From positions 13,364-77,363 of IMG/VR virus record IMGVR_UViG_3300044852_000063: a stretch of DNA of 64,000 nucleotides; one strand, written 5' to 3'. Source of the DNA: a virus. Lineage: Duplodnaviria; Caudoviricetes. The notes below the pieces were generated by a model. The model was not told the DNA's origin. It made no database searches and saw only the letters and a list, made by a program, of their open reading frames with translations. This document shows, in pieces, positions 54,893-64,000 of this stretch. A program made the position numbers and the translations under genes. How positions within the stretch are numbered: the stretch's first letter is position 1; each line of letters starts with the position of its first letter.

Positions 54893-55855
54893 TCAGGCGC
54901 CGACCCCAGCCAGCACCGCTTTCACGGCACGGCCCACGGTGGCGTCGTTCAACATGTTGGTGCCGTCGGCCACAGTGCCCGAGTCGGTGGTGCGGCGCAC
55001 GTTCCACGAATCCACCAGCAGCTTGGCGGCTTTCTGTTCCGCGTCGCGCTTGAAGCCGTCGGCCTGGGCCTGGTACAGCGACTTCTGTTTGCCGATCACC
55101 GAGTCGGCGTCTACCCCGGCGCCAATCGTCTGCGCCCGTTCAGTGGCGGTCTTCACCCCGAGCAGCGCGGTCTCTTGCGCAGTTTTCAGCTTGGTCTCCA
55201 GCAACACGTCGTACTCGGCGCGCAGCTTGCACTCGGTAGCAACCATGACCTTGCCTTCCAGCACCGCGTTGGCGGTCTGTTCAACCAGTAACTTGGTCTT
55301 CTGGATTTCTTGCAGGTCTTGAGTCTTCAGGTTGGTGGTTTGCTGGGTGATCTGTTTGGTCTGCTCGGCAATACGCAGGCCTTCCGACACCAGATTCAGC
55401 TTCTGCTGGGTCAGGATCGGCGCTTGCAGCAGGATGTTGGCCTTCTCAGCCACCAAATTCTGGGTTTGTTGTGTGGTCTGGGCGGTCTTGGCGATGGTCA
55501 AATCGCGCTCAACGTCCAGGTTCTGCTTCTGTGCAGCGAGCAATTGCCCTTGCAACAGCAGGTTCTGGCCTTCCAGCACCAGGTTGGCCGCTTGATTCTT
55601 GGCCACCTCGAGTTGCGCTTCAATCAGCTGCGCTTCGAGGGCCACCTTGTCCTTTTGCAGCAGGAACTGAAGGGCAGCACTCATCACCTGGGTGAGCTGG
55701 CCGAGGTAGACCTGGGAATACTCCGGGCCACGGATGCGGTTCTTGTCGAATTCGACGTCCAGGTGCGCTCGGGTCACCTGCATCAGCTTGTCGAAGACGC
55801 CTGAACCGGCGACATCGCCCGTGGTCAGGTCTTCCAGTACGATCGGTGCGATCAT
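54893..55855 (-). CDS. virion protein (N4 gp54-like)
   Basis: GSGVFDKLM, RIRGPEYSQVYL, GFKRDAEQKAAK. Confidence 0.85.
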   Translation of the reverse strand: MIAPIVLEDLTTGDVAGSGVFDKLMQVTRAHLDVEFDKNRIRGPEYSQVYLGQLTQVMSAALQFLLQKDKVALEAQLIEAQLEVAKNQAANLVLEGQNLLLQGQLLAAQKQNLDVERDLTIAKTAQTTQQTQNLVAEKANILLQAPILTQQKLNLVSEGLRIAEQTKQITQQTTNLKTQDLQEIQKTKLLVEQTANAVLEGKVMVATECKLRAEYDVLLETKLKTAQETALLGVKTATERAQTIGAGVDADSVIGKQKSLYQAQADGFKRDAEQKAAKLLVDSWNVRRTTDSGTVADGTNMLNDATVGRAVKAVLAGVGA

Positions 55856-55881
55856 TGTCTACCTCGGTCAGGTCAGGTGGA

Positions 55882-56484
55882 TCAGTCGATGGCTTTGGCC
55901 ATGGCTTGGCGTTGGGCCAGGTCATGAATTTCGTCTTCGGTCAGCATCGGCAGGACTTCCACGGCGAACTCGCGGATCATCTTGCCTTCTTTGGTGGACA
56001 CACCACGCGGACCTTTACGGGTCACGAACACCTGGCACTGGCGCTGCACGATCATGTTGTAAATGATGCGCGGGACATGCCAGCCCTCGTCGGCGTTGAA
56101 CGGCACGTACTTCTTGAAGGTGCCGACCACAGAGTTGGCCGCGGTGAAGATTTCACCGTCCCACTCTTTCTTGTTCGGGTTCATGCAGGTCACGCGGATG
56201 CGGACCAGTTCGCTCGCTTCGCGGCGTTTACGCAGCTTGCGGGCGACAGCGGATTCTTCAGCCACAGGAACATCCTCGGCAGCCGGCGCGGCAGGCGCGG
56301 CATCTGGTACTTCAGGGGTGCCGTTGAGCTTGGCGGAGATTTTCTCACGCAGCTTCTCGGCGCTGATCGACGGGTGATACTTGACGCCCATCTTGTCGGC
56401 CTTGGCCTTCAGGGAGGTCAGTTCATCCACGATCGGCAGGTCATCAGTGTTGTCGGCGACATCATCTAGAATTGGCTCTTGCAT
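55882..56484 (-). CDS. N4 gp55-like protein
   Basis: LKAKAD.MG..YHPSI, LVRIRVTCMNPNK, EVLP.LT. Confidence 0.85.
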   Translation of the reverse strand: MQEPILDDVADNTDDLPIVDELTSLKAKADKMGVKYHPSISAEKLREKISAKLNGTPEVPDAAPAAPAAEDVPVAEESAVARKLRKRREASELVRIRVTCMNPNKKEWDGEIFTAANSVVGTFKKYVPFNADEGWHVPRIIYNMIVQRQCQVFVTRKGPRGVSTKEGKMIREFAVEVLPMLTEDEIHDLAQRQAMAKAID

Positions 56485-56504
56485 TGCGGTGTACCTCAGG
56501 ACTT

Positions 56505-56539
56505 AAAAGAAGGGGCCAGCCCTGTAAGGAGCCGGCCCC
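56505..56539 (-). terminator. putative terminator after the capsid gene
   Basis: GGGGCC...GGCCCC stem with minus-strand TTCTTTT. Confidence 0.62.
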
Positions 56540-56545
56540 GGGGGA

Positions 56546-57946
56546 TTACATGGTGGCGGTGGTTTTGATCAGCGCGATGCGCTCAGGACGCAGCACCATG
56601 AAGCCGTAGTACCACTTGATGGACATGAAGCCGGTCTCACCGAACGGGTCGGTTTTGTCCGCAGTCGCATCACCTGGCGCTTTGTGGGTGATCTTGAACT
56701 TCACGGTCTTGCCGTCGGTTTGGAAACCGATGGTAGTAAAGGACTCATCACCGACGACCAACATCGGGAAGATGTCGAAGCGCTGGTTGGTTTCGTAGTG
56801 GGTGGCGGACGCCGAAGCATCAGCACCAGCACCGGCCCACTTGAGCATTTCCGGCACGATCACGATGCGGTAGCCGTCGATCGAACCGATCTCGCCGACC
56901 ACAGTGTCGCCACCGGCCGCGTACTTCTGAAGCGGGATGAACGCTGGATCGTTGTGCAGATCCTTCATCGCTTTCAGGGTTGGGATCAGCTCCGAACCGC
57001 AGTACAGGATGCGGGCCGCGGCCAGCGTCTTGGTGTCGACCAGGCGAGTGCCGGTAATCACCTTGGTGCTCTTCGGCGTGCGGTTGTTGGTCAGGTCGAT
57101 GTCCAGACGCATCAGGTCGCCGTAGGAGACCACGTCGTTGGCGCCCATGTCTTTGTCTTGCAGGGCATCACCGCAGTAGCGAACCACACCAGCGGAGTTG
57201 AGCAGGTCCACTTGCAGAATGTCTTCGGTGATCTCGTGAGCACCGTTGATCATTTCGCGGTTGATGTGGCTTTGCAGCTCGGCGTCCGAATCGAAGTCCA
57301 TCGATTCCTGGGTGTATTCGTCGAAGAAGCCGAATTTCTCCAGGTTGGAGGTCAGCTCTTTACGCTTGAAGCCCACGCGGTTGACGCGACCGCCGTTCTC
57401 GGACAGCACCGGCAGTTTGCCGGAGATGGTGCCGATGTCCTTCGAGGAACCGTACATGTTACCGGAGCCTTGACGGGACACAGCGCCTGGCTGAGCTGCG
57501 ACCAGGGCGTTGGCCTGGGCCAGGGTAGCCGCTGGGAACGAAGTGACGGTGTAGGTCACGGTGTATGGACCGGCGCCCGACTTCACAGCCGAACCAGCCA
57601 GGATAGCGACAGCAGCCGCGACCGCAGCATCAGCTGCACCGGAAGTGGCGAAACCATCTTCCACCAGACGTGGGATGGTCACGAAGTACTGGCTGTTGCT
57701 GATGGTCACACCAGCGGCGTTGATGCCCTGGTCGTTGATGTTGGCATCGTCGAGCAGTGGCAGGTAGTGATAACGCTTGATCGCCTTGCCCATGTTCTTT
57801 GGCAGGTTGGTCACGTCAGCCAGTTGGCCGAAGAACGCGGTTTTGCGGGCTTCGATCAGCGCCTGCTTCTGGAAGAAGAAGGTTTGAAGCTGGTTGCCCA
57901 TGCTCGATGGAGTACCGCCGGCAGGATCGTTGTATTGCAAACCCAT
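56546..57946 (-). CDS. major capsid protein (N4 gp56-like) with ~77-aa insertion
   Basis: NDQGI, GNMYGSSKD, ENGGRVNRVGF, DPFGETGFMSIKWYYG. Confidence 0.95.
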   Translation of the reverse strand: MGLQYNDPAGGTPSSMGNQLQTFFFQKQALIEARKTAFFGQLADVTNLPKNMGKAIKRYHYLPLLDDANINDQGINAAGVTISNSQYFVTIPRLVEDGFATSGAADAAVAAAVAILAGSAVKSGAGPYTVTYTVTSFPAATLAQANALVAAQPGAVSRQGSGNMYGSSKDIGTISGKLPVLSENGGRVNRVGFKRKELTSNLEKFGFFDEYTQESMDFDSDAELQSHINREMINGAHEITEDILQVDLLNSAGVVRYCGDALQDKDMGANDVVSYGDLMRLDIDLTNNRTPKSTKVITGTRLVDTKTLAAARILYCGSELIPTLKAMKDLHNDPAFIPLQKYAAGGDTVVGEIGSIDGYRIVIVPEMLKWAGAGADASASATHYETNQRFDIFPMLVVGDESFTTIGFQTDGKTVKFKITHKAPGDATADKTDPFGETGFMSIKWYYGFMVLRPERIALIKTTATM

Positions 57947-57962
57947 GGTGTCACCTCAATAG

Positions 57963-59183
57963 TTACGAAAATTTGTTGGTTGCAGCGAACTTGGCGAAGT
58001 CATCGTCGGACAGGTTCAACGGGTTGAAGTCCGGGTCCGTGCTGACGCCTTTCGCTGGAGCAGCTTTAGTGGGGCTAGCAGCCCGCTTTTTGTCACGCAG
58101 TGCCGAGTCATCGGGCTTGTCCTTGGGTGTCACCACAACTTCTGCGGCTGGAGTGGCTGCCACTGGCTTAGGGGCCAAGTGAGCGAAGCGTCCGGCGGCG
58201 GAAAGGGCGTCACCAACTTGGCGATAGGCCTCGAGATCCGACATTCCAGCTAAGCGGCCAAACGTGCGTTCGCGTTCAATCTCGTCGCTGATCAGTTGGT
58301 AATGACCACTGGCCATGTGCCCATTAATGACCTTCAGCAATTGGGGATTGTCGGCAATCACCTGTTTACTGGGAGCATCCCACTTGTTGCTCACGACTTC
58401 GATCAACTTGCCGTAGGTTGGTGTTCCTTGAACTTCGTCAAGCACCGCATCTAGGGCGAGTTCCCGGTCGTCAACAGTGTAAGTATTGGGTTTGTACTCA
58501 CCTACCTTCTCTACATCTACATCGAGCGGGTCAATCCCGCTGTCTTTCAGCAGCTTGCTGATGGCCTGGGGACTTTTCTTGTCCAGGTCGATCAGGAAGC
58601 TCAGCTTTTCTTCACTGAGCAGCCCATTGTTCTCTAGAAGTTTCATCAACTTCAAGTTGGGCTTCAGTGCCGCCATCTTCTTGGTGTAGTTGGCGCCCAT
58701 CTGCATCAGCGAGATGGCTTCATCCACATCCTTGACCTGGATGTCCTTGCCATTCGCCTTGAATGGGGCGAAGAGCTTGGCCAACTGGTCTTCGGGTTTG
58801 GCTTGAACCGGTTCATCAACCTTAGCAGCAGGATCTTTGGGATCTTTAGCTGGCTCAGCAGCCTTGTCTGCCGCTACGGCGTCCGCAGCCTTGCCGTCGG
58901 CTGGCGCCTCGGCGGCTGCTACGCCTTTAGCGGCGACCGCGGCTGCGTCATCGTCGTCTTCTTCGGTGGCAGCTTTGTCAGCGGGGACAACTGCGGTGGT
59001 ATCAACCGTGTCATCAGGCTTGGCAGCCGGAGTGATGTCCTTGGCCTTGGCAACGACGTCGTCAAACGACATCTTGCTCAGCTCTTCATCGGACAGGTCC
59101 AGCAGAGCGTCGTTGAACTGACCTTCATCAGGCAGATCAGTCAGCTCTTCGTTGTTGTCATCGTGCTCGAGGGCTTCGCTCAT
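57963..59183 (-). CDS. N4 gp57-like (scaffold/tape-measure-annotated) protein
   Basis: Acidic N-terminus, FKANGK, MQMGANY; synteny. Confidence 0.85.
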   Translation of the reverse strand: MSEALEHDDNNEELTDLPDEGQFNDALLDLSDEELSKMSFDDVVAKAKDITPAAKPDDTVDTTAVVPADKAATEEDDDDAAAVAAKGVAAAEAPADGKAADAVAADKAAEPAKDPKDPAAKVDEPVQAKPEDQLAKLFAPFKANGKDIQVKDVDEAISLMQMGANYTKKMAALKPNLKLMKLLENNGLLSEEKLSFLIDLDKKSPQAISKLLKDSGIDPLDVDVEKVGEYKPNTYTVDDRELALDAVLDEVQGTPTYGKLIEVVSNKWDAPSKQVIADNPQLLKVINGHMASGHYQLISDEIERERTFGRLAGMSDLEAYRQVGDALSAAGRFAHLAPKPVAATPAAEVVVTPKDKPDDSALRDKKRAASPTKAAPAKGVSTDPDFNPLNLSDDDFAKFAATNKFS

Positions 59184-59524
59184 TCGTCATCGCCCCCATT
59201 CAGCAGGTGCTGGATCGTTTCCTCGTCGGTCTCGATCGCTTTGAGCGCCTGGCGTGCGTTGAATTCGATAGTGCGGAAGTACGACTCCAGGCAACCGATG
59301 CCGTCGATGTCTCGAAGGATGTCGGCCTGGTCTTTAGGGGACTGAAGTGCGACGTTCGCCTTGGCGTGAACCAGTCGAACTGCTTCATCACGCAGGTAAC
59401 CCGTGCCGATGATCAGTTTGAAGTCTGGACTGGATTGAAGACGGGCTAGTGCCTGGGCCAAGGCAACAAAGCCCCGGCTGTCTTCGATATTACGCTGGAG
59501 TTGGTCGATCTGGGCTTGGCTCAT
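59180..59524 (-). CDS. N4 gp58-like protein
   Basis: DFK.II..GYL.DEAVRLV; start trimmed to ATG at 59524. Confidence 0.8.
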   Translation of the reverse strand: MSQAQIDQLQRNIEDSRGFVALAQALARLQSSPDFKLIIGTGYLRDEAVRLVHAKANVALQSPKDQADILRDIDGIGCLESYFRTIEFNARQALKAIETDEETIQHLLNGGDDE

Positions 59525-59582
59525 TGGCTCTCTACCATTGCTAAGTGGAACACTAGTTGGTTGTAGGGCGAGAACATAATAC

Positions 59583-59623
59583 AAAATCTCCCTGTTAGCA
59601 CCTTTTTCTGCACTAACAGGGAG
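59583..59623 (-). terminator. hairpin after portal (putative terminator)
   Basis: CTCCCTGTTAG/CTAACAGGGAG 11-bp stem, weak T tail. Confidence 0.55.
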
Positions 59624-59630
59624 TTAAGCA

Positions 59631-61775
59631 TCACTTCTTGGTGGCTGGAGGGGTGAAGTGAGCCTTAGCAGCTTGTTCAACCACCTTCATCCGCGCTTGA
59701 GCATCGGCTTGTGCACCTTGCTTCTGCAACTCGCGCTCTTGATGCACGCCCGACTCCTGTTCAACGTAGTCCAGGTTGGTGCGATCGGTCTCAGCGTTGA
59801 GGTTCTCCGCCTTGGCACCCTCGGTAACCGTCTTGGCCTGATCCAGTACCGCACCAGTCTGACCTTTCATGGCTTCAGCACGTAGCTTAGCGATCTCAGC
59901 TTCGAGCTTGGCGATCTCCAGTTCCTTGAGTTTCTCTTGAACGGGATCTGGCGCCGGCTTGAAGTTCTTCAGCTGGTGCGCCAGGTCCGGCATCTTCCGC
60001 AGACGTGCAATGTCCGCCAGGATCATCATCACGATGCCTTGATCAACCGAGTTACCCAGGGTCTGGAGCATGAATGCCAGCTGTTCAGCCTTGTTGTTGT
60101 CTTCTTCAGCGGTGCTGATCGACAGCTTGAGGTCAAACGAACCGGCCAGGTCGTCTTTGCGAACCGGGACGAACTCTTCGTTGGTGACACGCACGATCTC
60201 GACGTCGTCGAGGAACACGGCGTTCATCGAGAGGAACTTGCGCATCACCGCGATGATGCCGGCCGACAAACGACGGAGGATGCCCAGCTCACGCTTGGAC
60301 GCAGCGTCAAGTGCACCGCGTACACCAGCGGCCACGTCGCCCAGACCTTGGCCCGAGATACCCTGGCTGAAGGCTTTGACCCCGGTGAGTGATTCCGCCT
60401 CGAAGTTCTGCAACTGCAACATGAACTGCGCGCTGGCCGGGATCTCCGGGAACACATGGTGGTAGACGCCCTGACGCGGGTCGACGGTGGGGTTGAACTC
60501 GTAGTCCTGGCCGTTCTCGAACTTGCGGCGGTTGCTCAGGTCGAGCATGTCCTTGCGGAAACCGGTCTGACCGTTGGCCGACTTGGCCATCAGGTCGATC
60601 ATGCCGCGAGTCACCGCGCCGCTGATCTTCTGGTTGTCCTCGAGCAGCGCGCCATCCGGCTCGCCGTAGGAGGACTTGCGTACCGGCAGGTACTGGACAA
60701 TGACAAACGGGACTTTCTGGTCCGGGAAGGGGTTGAGCTCCATCCGGATGACGGTGTCGCCTACCCAAGTCGCCACAAAAGGCTGAACAAGACCACTGCC
60801 ATCAAGATCACGAAATCCCCAGTATTCATAAACGACAAACTTTTTACGGGCTTCGTCAGAAAAATTGAAGTTTTGTGTATCCGCGCTCGTTGCGACATGG
60901 TCGGGTGTCCCCAAGATGGAGTTGGCTTCCGGGTTGATATTGTCCAGGTTCTTGTACCGGGCATCTTTCTTCAACTCGGACAGCGAGGACTCGAAGCTGT
61001 AGATCACGAACCGCGCTTTGTCGATGTCACCCATGCAGGTCGGGTCGATCAGCACGTTGCGGTAGTCGCAGACTTCGAGAGTGGGTTGGTTGCGCACGGT
61101 CTTCATCTGCTTGACCGTCTTCTTTCCGACAATCTCCGGGCGAATTGGTTGCCCTTGCTCGATCGTCAGGTCGTGAGCTTGTTGCATCTCCGGCGCCACC
61201 TGGTCGGCATAACCCTGAGGGTCTTGCGCCTTCAGTTGAGCCAGGTGTTGGTGCATGGGAGCCAGGGTTGGGTCGATGAAGAACTTCACGTCCGGCACTT
61301 CGACGTCGACTTCCTTCTCTTCAAAGTCCCAGCCGGTGCGGAGAATTGCCGTGCCCTCGTCTACGACGGTGCGCACGTATTCGTCGATGAATGCCACCTT
61401 GTTCAAGCGGTTGTTGAACTGGTGATTGAGGACCAGCTGGTTCTGGATCGCCGCGTCCTTATCTTCCCAGGTGACTGGGCTGACGTTGACCATGTCATCG
61501 GTGGACAGGAACGGCTCAGACAGCGCGGCATAGCGCCACTCCGCCTGCTTGCGGATCAGCTTCGGCACCACCTTGGAATTGTTCTTGCCTGGATTGACCT
61601 TGGCCTTGCCCCGAACGTGTAAGTTGTCCAGCCAGACGTTGATACGTGTCATCTGGATGTCGTGTGAACCACGAGCATCCTGATAATCTTGCTTGAGTTC
61701 CGCTACTGTGGGTTCTTTAACCCAGTCAGTCAGCTTCTTGGTCGTTAGATCTCGCTCCAACTGTGCTTCACCCAT
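59631..61775 (-). CDS. portal protein (N4 gp59-like)
   Basis: LTDW.KEP, PKLIRKQAEWRY, ESLTGVKAF, RELGILRR. Confidence 0.95.
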   Translation of the reverse strand: MGEAQLERDLTTKKLTDWVKEPTVAELKQDYQDARGSHDIQMTRINVWLDNLHVRGKAKVNPGKNNSKVVPKLIRKQAEWRYAALSEPFLSTDDMVNVSPVTWEDKDAAIQNQLVLNHQFNNRLNKVAFIDEYVRTVVDEGTAILRTGWDFEEKEVDVEVPDVKFFIDPTLAPMHQHLAQLKAQDPQGYADQVAPEMQQAHDLTIEQGQPIRPEIVGKKTVKQMKTVRNQPTLEVCDYRNVLIDPTCMGDIDKARFVIYSFESSLSELKKDARYKNLDNINPEANSILGTPDHVATSADTQNFNFSDEARKKFVVYEYWGFRDLDGSGLVQPFVATWVGDTVIRMELNPFPDQKVPFVIVQYLPVRKSSYGEPDGALLEDNQKISGAVTRGMIDLMAKSANGQTGFRKDMLDLSNRRKFENGQDYEFNPTVDPRQGVYHHVFPEIPASAQFMLQLQNFEAESLTGVKAFSQGISGQGLGDVAAGVRGALDAASKRELGILRRLSAGIIAVMRKFLSMNAVFLDDVEIVRVTNEEFVPVRKDDLAGSFDLKLSISTAEEDNNKAEQLAFMLQTLGNSVDQGIVMMILADIARLRKMPDLAHQLKNFKPAPDPVQEKLKELEIAKLEAEIAKLRAEAMKGQTGAVLDQAKTVTEGAKAENLNAETDRTNLDYVEQESGVHQERELQKQGAQADAQARMKVVEQAAKAHFTPPATKK

Positions 61776-61842
61776 GATGTACTAATCCAATGGCCCGGTA
61801 ATGGGCGACATAGTAATCAATAAACCACAGGACCACACCTTA

Positions 61843-62265
61843 ATGAAAATTTGCCCGCATCACCCAGCGTTCCAGACCCCTACTCGCGGCACTGAAGGGG
61901 CTGGTGGCTTCGACATCTACATGCCAACCGCTGGTCGCGTCGAAGAAGGTCGACATACCGTCGTTGACCTGGGCTTCAGTGCTGAAGTACCCAAGGGCTA
62001 CGTCGCTCTACTGCTGCCAAGATCAGGTTCAGGGGGTAACTTCGGGCTTGAGTTGCGTAATACCGTCGGTGTGATCGACTCAGACTACCGCGGCCCGTGG
62101 ATTGCCAAACTCCAGACCAAAGATGTACTGGATTTTGGCTGGGCTGCTGGTGATAGAGTCATTCAGTTTGTGCTGGTGCCGGTTCACACCCCGGAATTGC
62201 TGATTGTTGACCAGCTCGACGCCACTCAACGCGGCGCCGGCGGGTTTGGTTCGACCAACCGCTAA
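61843..62265 (+). CDS. dut: dUTPase (trimeric type)
   Basis: AGGFDI, PRSG, GVIDSDYRG, GDRVIQ, RGAGGFGST. Confidence 0.95.
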   Translation: MKICPHHPAFQTPTRGTEGAGGFDIYMPTAGRVEEGRHTVVDLGFSAEVPKGYVALLLPRSGSGGNFGLELRNTVGVIDSDYRGPWIAKLQTKDVLDFGWAAGDRVIQFVLVPVHTPELLIVDQLDATQRGAGGFGSTNR

Positions 62266-62268
62266 GGT

Positions 62269-62997
62269 TTAGGCCCAACCGTTGCGCTCGAAGCGGCCTT
62301 CGCCGGACTCAGCGTTCAAGTCCAGGCCCTTGTTGGCCAAGACTGCGCAGGCTGCTTCGAATTTCCCCCAGTAGTTGTTGCCGTCGTGGAATTCCTGGTT
62401 CAAACCAATGGGATTGAACACTCGACTGGCGATATACAGCAGCAAAGCGTTCTCGTATTGCGGTGGCAGGTCGATGTCCACCTCAGTCGGGTCGAAACTG
62501 TTGTCCTCTTTGACGATTCGCGGGTGATTACCGCGGTAGACCACGGTCAGATGGCTGCTCACCAGCGCCGGTGGCACGATCAAGGTGTTGATCGTCGGCG
62601 TGCGGATCACTTTCGACAGCGGATCGTAGCGTTTGCCGCCGGCATTCAGCTCCAGTTCCTCGCCCTGGTCGTCGAACACCCGTTCGATCTTCAGCACCGT
62701 GTCCTGAAACGGCAGCGTGGTGCTGTCCAGGATGTATTTCACGGGTTCACGGCTCTCACGGTTGCCTTTGGCATAGCGTTTGCTAAGCACATAGGTCTCC
62801 AAGCCGGGGACCATCTCCACTTTCAGCGTGCCTTCCTTCAACTGGAAGCGCGTGTGCAGCTCGGTCAGGCCAGAATTGACGTGGCCCAGCATCTGCAACT
62901 GGTTTTCCTTGGTGATGCCGCTCGCCGCGGCGCCTCCCAGCTTGATTTGGCTCAGCTCACCGAAGGTCAGCTGGTTAAACAGGTCGCTCAGTAGCAT
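62269..62997 (-). CDS. head-tail adaptor-like virion protein (N4 gp67-like)
   Basis: LTFGELS, N.GL.ELH.RF, ALL.YIASR, F..NGW; synteny with terminase. Confidence 0.82.
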   Translation of the reverse strand: MLLSDLFNQLTFGELSQIKLGGAAASGITKENQLQMLGHVNSGLTELHTRFQLKEGTLKVEMVPGLETYVLSKRYAKGNRESREPVKYILDSTTLPFQDTVLKIERVFDDQGEELELNAGGKRYDPLSKVIRTPTINTLIVPPALVSSHLTVVYRGNHPRIVKEDNSFDPTEVDIDLPPQYENALLLYIASRVFNPIGLNQEFHDGNNYWGKFEAACAVLANKGLDLNAESGEGRFERNGWA

Positions 62998-63007
62998 GGG
63001 TCAGTCC

Positions 63008-64000
63008 TCAAACGATATAAGATTGTAAACGGTCGGTGCTGTCATCGCCGTCATCCAGGTCCCACATGCCATCACCGTCTTCGGACGGCGTCAAATTGCC
63101 TTCTTCCGAGGGTTTCCACGGGTTCATGCTGGCCAGCATCGAGATCGAGTCGATGAAGTCGTCGTGTTTCGAGCGGAATCCGCCCACCGCGGCCAAGCTC
63201 AGCTCGTTCATGGCTTCGACCAGCTCCGGCGTGTTCTTCTTCTCGATCGGAAAGAAGATCTTCCTGGCTTTGAACAGCGGCACCACGGTGTTGAAGCGCA
63301 CCATCTTGTTGGTGTTGGGGCGAATCCCCGGCTTCATGTCATTGTTTTCGCTGGTCAGCGGGAAGTAGATGTTGCGATTGAGCATCTCCCCCTGAATCCA
63401 CTGGATGAAACCGGCCTGCTGGCCGCTGACTTCGATGCCGGCCCCCTGTACCCGGTAGTGCTGAGCAAACCTGAACAGCGCATCAATGGACTTATCCATC
63501 AGCTGGCGCTTGCACACCCCGTCCACCCACAGCCAGTCGCCCACGTTGTTGTAGGCCCAGACGTTCACGACTGAAAAGTCGGCCTTCTGCTTCTCGCTGA
63601 CCGCCAAGTCGGTGGTGATGTAGAAGTTGAAGCGGCTCTTGTTGCGCAGCACGGCGTCGATCTTGTACCAGCCGATGTCGTGGTCCTGGATCATCCGGTC
63701 TTCGTCGGACATGATCCGCAGCATCAGCTCCTGGTTGAAGGTCTCGACCTTGCCCAGCTTGACCGCGGTGTCGTACTGCTCCTTGACGTAGTCGTAGGTG
63801 AAGCGATCGGGCCAGCTGCCACGGAACTCTTCGCGGGTGCAGGGGAAGGTCTCGCACACCGGGAACACGTTGACCGCCCAGGCGTCGGACTCGACCGCCT
63901 TGTACAGCGGGTCCTTGGCGTTAAACGGCGTGCCGGACCAGATGATCATGTTCTTCTTCGGGTGCAAGGCGTAGTTCACCGCCTTGTACACGGTGTCCTC
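63008..64000 (-). CDS. terL: terminase large subunit (5'-truncated by the window)
   Basis: WSGTPFN..DPLY, FNQELML, YITTD.A, IEVSGQQ, KHDD.ID. Confidence 0.95.
   Translation of the reverse strand, partial: EDTVYKAVNYALHPKKNMIIWSGTPFNAKDPLYKAVESDAWAVNVFPVCETFPCTREEFRGSWPDRFTYDYVKEQYDTAVKLGKVETFNQELMLRIMSDEDRMIQDHDIGWYKIDAVLRNKSRFNFYITTDLAVSEKQKADFSVVNVWAYNNVGDWLWVDGVCKRQLMDKSIDALFRFAQHYRVQGAGIEVSGQQAGFIQWIQGEMLNRNIYFPLTSENNDMKPGIRPNTNKMVRFNTVVPLFKARKIFFPIEKKNTPELVEAMNELSLAAVGGFRSKHDDFIDSISMLASMNPWKPSEEGNLTPSEDGDGMWDLDDGDDSTDRLQSYIV

Larger units (their letters stand above)
1..64000. other. N4-like lytic phage genome segment (Schitoviridae)
   Basis: Giant virion RNA polymerase, N4 gp51-59-like late gene order, N4 gp42-45-like replication cluster; no integrase and no host chromosomal context. 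Confidence 0.97.

Noticed and set aside
1-64000. vRNAP hairpin promoters, RNAP II genes, reverse transcriptase/DGR, DNA-modification cluster
   Set aside because: None recognisable; the early region appears to lie outside the window

Overview
The window is a 64-kb internal part of a GC-rich, lytic N4-like podovirus genome (Schitoviridae). The host is probably Pseudomonas-like, inferred only from my recognition of the tail-chaperone and hydrolase sequences. The early region and RNAP II genes lie outside the window. The + strand carries the middle/replication genes: MoxR-like AAA ATPase, VWA metallopeptidase, Dda/RecD helicase, family A DNA polymerase, dCMP deaminase, GHKL ATPase, ThyA, class II RNR, PD-(D/E)XK nuclease, helicase-primase, Sak4-like ATPase, SSB and a RuvC-like resolvase, interspersed with about 40 small accessory ORFs. 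The - strand carries a tail/lysis block (18.4-26.8 kb) and the main late block (3456-aa virion RNA polymerase, gp51-59-like genes, capsid, portal, partial terminase). The most notable observations are: (1) a non-coding element at 30.56-30.85 kb with two ~90-nt rod hairpins bearing the same AGCGYAGCGA apical motif on opposite strands around an AT-rich spacer, a candidate internal origin/primase-loading site next to an HTH gene; (2) non-canonical tRNA-like RNA elements on both sides of the Sak4-SSB pair, one leading an operon with a TerB-like gene and a probable two-domain nucleotide-sponge fusion; (3) a second protein carrying the same C-terminal SLFAKPQS motif as SSB; (4) a secreted TAXI-like binding protein; (5) a phospholipase A2-like microprotein coupled to the endolysin; (6) a recurrent GGAGTAAACCATG gene junction. 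All family calls are by motif recognition by eye; no searches were run.
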